IMG/VR virus record: IMGVR_UViG_3300029319_000019
Span: 1 to 64,000 of that record
From: a virus
Reading direction: 5' to 3' (one strand)
Length of the DNA: 64,000 nucleotides
Part shown: positions 60,863 to 64,000 of the stretch, in pieces
How positions within the stretch are numbered: the first letter of the stretch is position 1
How the letters are laid out: each line of letters starts with the position of its first letter
The notes under the pieces: model-generated
What the model was told of the DNA's origin: nothing
Databases searched by the model: none
Seen by the model: only the letters and a program-made list of their open reading frames with translations
Translations under genes and position numbers: made by a program

Positions 60863-61187
60863 TCCAGTTAATGTTTACTTCTACTTTCTTAGTATCTAAA
60901 TTTAATAATCTACTTAAAATATAGTTTTTACCATCTTTTCTAATAGCTCTTTTGTCTTTCATCTTCTTTACATAATTATTTAATGTATTGAAGTCTGCTA
61001 GTCCTAAAACTTTTGCTGCAGCTTTTTTAACTTTTGCAGAACATATACTAGGATCTTCTAAGGCAACAGCTGCATCTACTAAGGCTGCTAAAACTTTTAC
61101 CTCTGTAGAAGTAAGATTAAACACCCCGTTCCAGAACTGTAAATATTTTAGTGTAGAATTTACTTTAATCGTTATCTTTTGCTCCAT
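60855..61187 (-). CDS. Putative winged-helix DNA-binding protein
   Basis: LTSTEVKVL...AAKVLGL..NTLNNYVKKMKDK.AI pattern. Confidence 0.55.
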   Translation of the reverse strand: MEQKITIKVNSTLKYLQFWNGVFNLTSTEVKVLAALVDAAVALEDPSICSAKVKKAAAKVLGLADFNTLNNYVKKMKDKRAIRKDGKNYILSRLLNLDTKKVEVNINWNE

Positions 61188-61347
61188 CTTGTTCTTCTTT
61201 TTCTTTTAAATACGCAGTAAGTATAGCTTCGTACTGTTGTAATTGTATTTTTTGGTTTTCTAATAATTGATACACTTCATACGCTACTCTTATAGGTTTA
61301 CCATCAATATATATTCTTCTTTTATTCTGTTTCTTCAGTGCTTTCAT
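61165..61347 (-). CDS. Hypothetical protein
   Basis: 60-aa ORF overlapping neighbours in the operon. Confidence 0.5.
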   Translation of the reverse strand: MKALKKQNKRRIYIDGKPIRVAYEVYQLLENQKIQLQQYEAILTAYLKEKEEQDGAKDND

Positions 61348-61513
61348 CTTCTACTGTTACTATTAATATATATTCCATGTCCCCTATCAAGACTTGTATA
61401 TCCCATGTACAATTTATATTTTTTTCTGACCACATGTCTAACTTTTCTTCAAATTCTCTATACAATAAAAAGAGTTCTTCCCAACTATGAGTCTGAAACT
61501 TTGTTCTGATCAT
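61322..61513 (-). CDS. Hypothetical acidic protein
   Basis: 63-aa ORF overlapping neighbours in the operon. Confidence 0.5.
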   Translation of the reverse strand: MIRTKFQTHSWEELFLLYREFEEKLDMWSEKNINCTWDIQVLIGDMEYILIVTVEDESTEETE

Positions 61514-61751
61514 CCTTAAATTGTATTGTTGCTCTATCGTTTTCTACTACTATGGTAGCAGTCTTAGATTGCCTGTTAAATTCATCTATATACTTAGATA
61601 TATCTTCTCTTGTACACAAAAATGACAAGAACACAGACAGCTCTTTTGCTGCTCTGGATGTATTATGCTTTAGATCGTTAGTTTTTTGAGTGTGTTCTAT
61701 CAATTCTAAGTAATCATCCAGGTTTATTGTAACTGTTCCTGGCAACTTCAT
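61485..61751 (-). CDS. Hypothetical protein
   Basis: 88 aa; start overlaps the groES stop (TAATG). Confidence 0.6.
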   Translation of the reverse strand: MKLPGTVTINLDDYLELIEHTQKTNDLKHNTSRAAKELSVFLSFLCTREDISKYIDEFNRQSKTATIVVENDRATIQFKDDQNKVSDS

Positions 61752-62026
61752 TAGAACTTACCTAATACTTGAAACTCATTAACAAACAAATACTGAACTT
61801 CGTCAATATGAATAAGCATTGCCTCTGTGTTTGGATCTACCATGATCTTATCACCCGGCTCACACTGCGTAACTTGCGGTCCTACCGCCAATACTTCTAC
61901 AATATTTGTCTGTAATTGTCTTGCAGTCTCGTCATCAAGAATGATACCTGCATCTGTCTTCTTTTTGTCCGGTCTTGGTACTACTATCCATGCACCAAAC
62001 GGTTGAAATGTAAATTCCTTTGCCAT
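61751..62026 (-). CDS. groES: Co-chaperonin GroES (Cpn10)-like
   Basis: FQPFGAWIVV, mobile loop KKTDAGIIL, EVLAVGP, GDKI and a terminal VLG. Confidence 0.85.
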   Translation of the reverse strand: MAKEFTFQPFGAWIVVPRPDKKKTDAGIILDDETARQLQTNIVEVLAVGPQVTQCEPGDKIMVDPNTEAMLIHIDEVQYLFVNEFQVLGKF

Positions 62027-62051
62027 TGCTATCTATAATTAGTTATAAATG

Positions 62052-62059
62052 CAAAGGTA
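62052..62059 (-). promoter_or_regulatory. Bacteroidota sigma-A -7 element heading the late block
   Basis: TACCTTTG(C) 25 nt upstream of the groES ATG; a TTG lies 21 nt further upstream. Confidence 0.75.
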
Positions 62060-62094
62060 TAATAAAATATTTTACAAATACAAGTGTTTTTTGA

Positions 62095-62372
62095 AGAACT
62101 TCACTATTGGGTACACCACACCCCTAGGAGATTTGCTATTTCAGTTGGAATTTTACCTCTGGCAGTGCTGTCTTTTGGACTACCTAAGGACACTAAAACT
62201 GATGTTAATTCATCACACCTACCTCTGTGTAATGTGCCCTAACCGTTGGCTATATCCGCCTTTTCAGAGACTATTGGAGAAAACTCTAATCCTTATTTAG
62301 GATCTACAATCCAACGTCTGACCCCATAACTACCTTTCGGCCCTCTGGGGTGATACGTATATTACGTGTCTC
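62095..62372 (-). ncRNA. Candidate structured non-coding RNA (~280 nt), family unassigned
   Basis: GC-enriched intergenic segment with at least 6 hand-identified helices, a GAAA tetraloop and an upstream TAnnTTTG element. Confidence 0.55.
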
Positions 62373-62378
62373 TGCGGA

Positions 62379-62386
62379 CAAAAATA
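62379..62386 (-). promoter_or_regulatory. Bacteroidota sigma-A -7 element upstream of the candidate ncRNA
   Basis: TATTTTTG matches TAnnTTTG. Confidence 0.55.
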
Positions 62387-62583
62387 CTAAAAAAAATTTA
62401 ACCACCAAAATTTTTGAGCGTGTGTACCTACTATTGCAAAGACCCTACCTATGTTTCGGAGTTAGAGATACCCCGTGCATAAATATATATAAATTATATG
62501 TATGTTCTATTGCATAGACATTCGCTAGCTCTCGCGTAGTGTGTCGCGGTGATACACTCGTATAATCTAACAACAATTGTGAT

Positions 62584-62832
62584 ATGAATAAGCTAAGCAC
62601 TTATCTTAAAGAAAACGGCTATATGCAAGCCAAAGTAGTAAATGGCCCTAATGGTGACTTCGTTGTTGCAGCTAAAGAGGATAACTCTATTGCAACATTC
62701 CCAGTAGGCAAGAACTCTCAAGGAGAAACAGACATCTTCGCATTCAACTATGTAGTAGGTACGCGTGACGGTATTAGTCAAGTAATTGCTACTGTTAATC
62801 AGTATAGTGAAACAGAGTTCCAAGTATTGTAA
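62584..62832 (+). CDS. Hypothetical early protein
   Basis: 82 aa, preceded by the repeated motif and followed by a terminator. Confidence 0.75.
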   Translation: MNKLSTYLKENGYMQAKVVNGPNGDFVVAAKEDNSIATFPVGKNSQGETDIFAFNYVVGTRDGISQVIATVNQYSETEFQVL

Positions 62833-62838
62833 TTAGTT

Positions 62839-62869
62839 AGAGGCTTCGGCCTCTTTCTTTTCTTTTTTC
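62839..62869 (+). terminator. Intrinsic terminator
   Basis: AGAGGC-TTCG-GCCTCT hairpin followed by a long U-rich tract. Confidence 0.9.
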
Positions 62870-62959
62870 TGTTGTTTACTACAATACGAATAAGATACTT
62901 ATTGTTCTATTGCAAAGACTTTAACTAGATTACGAGAGTGTGCGTTGTAGCGTTCATTC

Positions 62960-62983
62960 ACCACATTTTACCACATTTTACCA
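62960..62983 (+). repeat. Short tandem repeat (ACCACATTTT x2.4)
   Basis: Read directly from the sequence. Confidence 0.7.
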
Positions 62984-63019
62984 ATCAATAGGTTTATTCC
63001 TATTACATTATATATCATT

Positions 63020-63208
63020 ATGACTAACGATGAATTATTTGAAATTGTAGCAGTGCTTACTGCTAAAAATATGGCTCTTGAAGAAAAGATAGAGAAAATG
63101 AAAGAATCTCATGAATTCCGATTAAGAGCTCTACAACAACAGATTGATCTCTACAAACGTTTATATGAAAATAAATATGAATCAGAAGTAGAAGAGGAAG
63201 ATCATTAA
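63020..63208 (+). CDS. Small coiled-coil protein
   Basis: 62 aa with heptad pattern and AT-rich leader. Confidence 0.65.
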   Translation: MTNDELFEIVAVLTAKNMALEEKIEKMKESHEFRLRALQQQIDLYKRLYENKYESEVEEEDH

Positions 63209-63512
63209 AGATATTTAAGATTACAGGAGCTTTACATAATAGAGTGGTCGATCTCTATATGACAGGCAGGTTTGATCACCTGCTCTGTTGCTCCGTACGA
63301 TATAAAGAGAGTTAGCTAGTGCACATAGCTACCATCCTGATACTATTATAAGGCAGTGAAATACAGAAATAAGACTAGGATCTGTACTCTCTTTTAACCT
63401 ACATGCAGCAACGTGGTTGACTAGGATCAATGACCAGACAGGCCTGTAGCCTAGCTTCCACCAAGCTGTATCAATTATTAACTTACATTTATTAACCAAT
63501 ACTTACATTATT

Positions 63513-63758
63513 ATGAAATCTTACTTTCATTTAAAACGATTGACAGCCATTTACCAAATATTGTCGTTTATTTCTTTTGTTCCTTTACTTATATCTATGG
63601 TCTTTATCATAGATGGTAAAGCTTTTACATTAGAAACTACATTAACTTTAATCATATCTATCATAGCAATGATTGGATTTACTATGCGTCACGATATGTA
63701 TCAGAAGAAGTTAAGGAACTTTGATTACAAACATTATCTTGATAAACTAGATAAGTAA
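63513..63758 (+). CDS. Small two-TM membrane protein
   Basis: Two hydrophobic segments and a basic tail. Confidence 0.65.
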   Translation: MKSYFHLKRLTAIYQILSFISFVPLLISMVFIIDGKAFTLETTLTLIISIIAMIGFTMRHDMYQKKLRNFDYKHYLDKLDK

Positions 63759-63760
63759 AG

Positions 63761-63925
63761 ATGAGGTTAGTTATATTATGCATTTGTGTTATGGCTCTAG
63801 GTAGCTGTAGCACAACGCATAGTCTTGAGCGTATTAAGCGAGACTATGAATTAGATAAGTTATGGATTGAGTATACTTACAAAGCAGACAGTTTAATCAT
63901 TCAATATAAAGAGTCATGCAAATAG
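63761..63925 (+). CDS. Small predicted lipoprotein (54 aa, not in the supplied ORF track)
   Basis: Hand translation MRLVILCICVMALGS|CSTTHS...; LGSC lipobox. Confidence 0.6.
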   Translation: MRLVILCICVMALGSCSTTHSLERIKRDYELDKLWIEYTYKADSLIIQYKESCK

Positions 63926-64000
63926 TATACAAATTTATAAAGTTCTTAATGTATTGTGTATGTGCGTGTGTGATTGCTAGTGCAGCAGTCATATTCGCAT
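63916..64000 (+). CDS. Partial small hydrophobic protein running off the window
   Basis: Hand translation MQIVYKFIKFLMYCVCACVIASAAVIFA; overlaps the previous stop. Confidence 0.45.
   Translation, partial: MQIVYKFIKFLMYCVCACVIASAAVIFA

Larger units (their letters stand above)
62431..62919 (+). promoter_or_regulatory. Three copies of CTATTGCAwAGAC, candidate phage early promoter
   Basis: Copies at 62431-62443, 62507-62519 and 62907-62919, all intergenic and upstream of + strand ORFs. Confidence 0.6.

Noticed and set aside
62049-62300. 83-aa plus-strand ORF
   Set aside because: Its composition is not protein-like and it runs antisense over the late promoter and the structured element.
62555-62941. 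Imperfect inverted repeat (ACACTCGTATAATCTA / TAGATTACGAGAGTGT) flanking the 82-aa gene, as an invertible or mobile unit
   Set aside because: It is short, needs gaps to align, and no recombinase or transposase is present in the window.
63335-63365. Hammerhead ribozyme (CUGAU...GAAA)
   Set aside because: It lacks the GA of the CUGANGA core and I could not build stems I and III.
63395-63465. tRNA or tmRNA suggested by TCCACCA
   Set aside because: No T-loop (TTCRA), D-arm or matching acceptor stem was found.
1-64000. Stop-codon reassignment as in some gut crAss-like phages
   Set aside because: Long genes are intact in the standard code. TAG (e.g. 57688, 39133, 30703) and TGA (636, 35281) end genes at sensible boundaries.

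Overview
This window is a large piece of a crAss-like (Crassvirales-type) phage genome, read in the standard genetic code. The host is most likely a Bacteroidota/Flavobacteriia bacterium, judged from TAnnTTTG promoters, +1 Gln signal peptides and a type IX secretion (T9SS) C-terminal signal. Bases 1-1898 (+) hold the end of a DNA-metabolism block (hypothetical, uracil-DNA glycosylase, DUF1599-like protein). Bases 1899-62026 (-) are one long late/virion block. In transcription order it runs: GroES, small DNA-binding proteins, terminase, portal, scaffold, major capsid, ring and auxiliary capsid proteins, tail hub and fibres, an envelope/secreted-protein cassette, lysis genes, small basic proteins, muzzle, then five large ejected cargo proteins including a 2071-aa virion RNA polymerase (DFDVD motif). 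After a divergent non-coding region (62027-62583) come short + strand, probably early, genes. Best leads: (1) the only four cysteines in about 5,300 residues of the three RNAP-block proteins sit at the facing termini, suggesting head-to-tail disulfide chaining for ejection; (2) a family of basic proteins built from cassettes bounded by a (Y/M)xxGG motif, including a 32-aa cassette conserved in two genes 33 kb apart; (3) a phage-encoded T9SS cargo protein next to an outer-membrane barrel and a CxxC-less thioredoxin fold; (4) a ~280-nt highly structured candidate ncRNA with its own promoter; (5) a repeated CTATTGCAwAGAC candidate phage promoter. All family assignments come from motif recognition and gene order, not from database searches.
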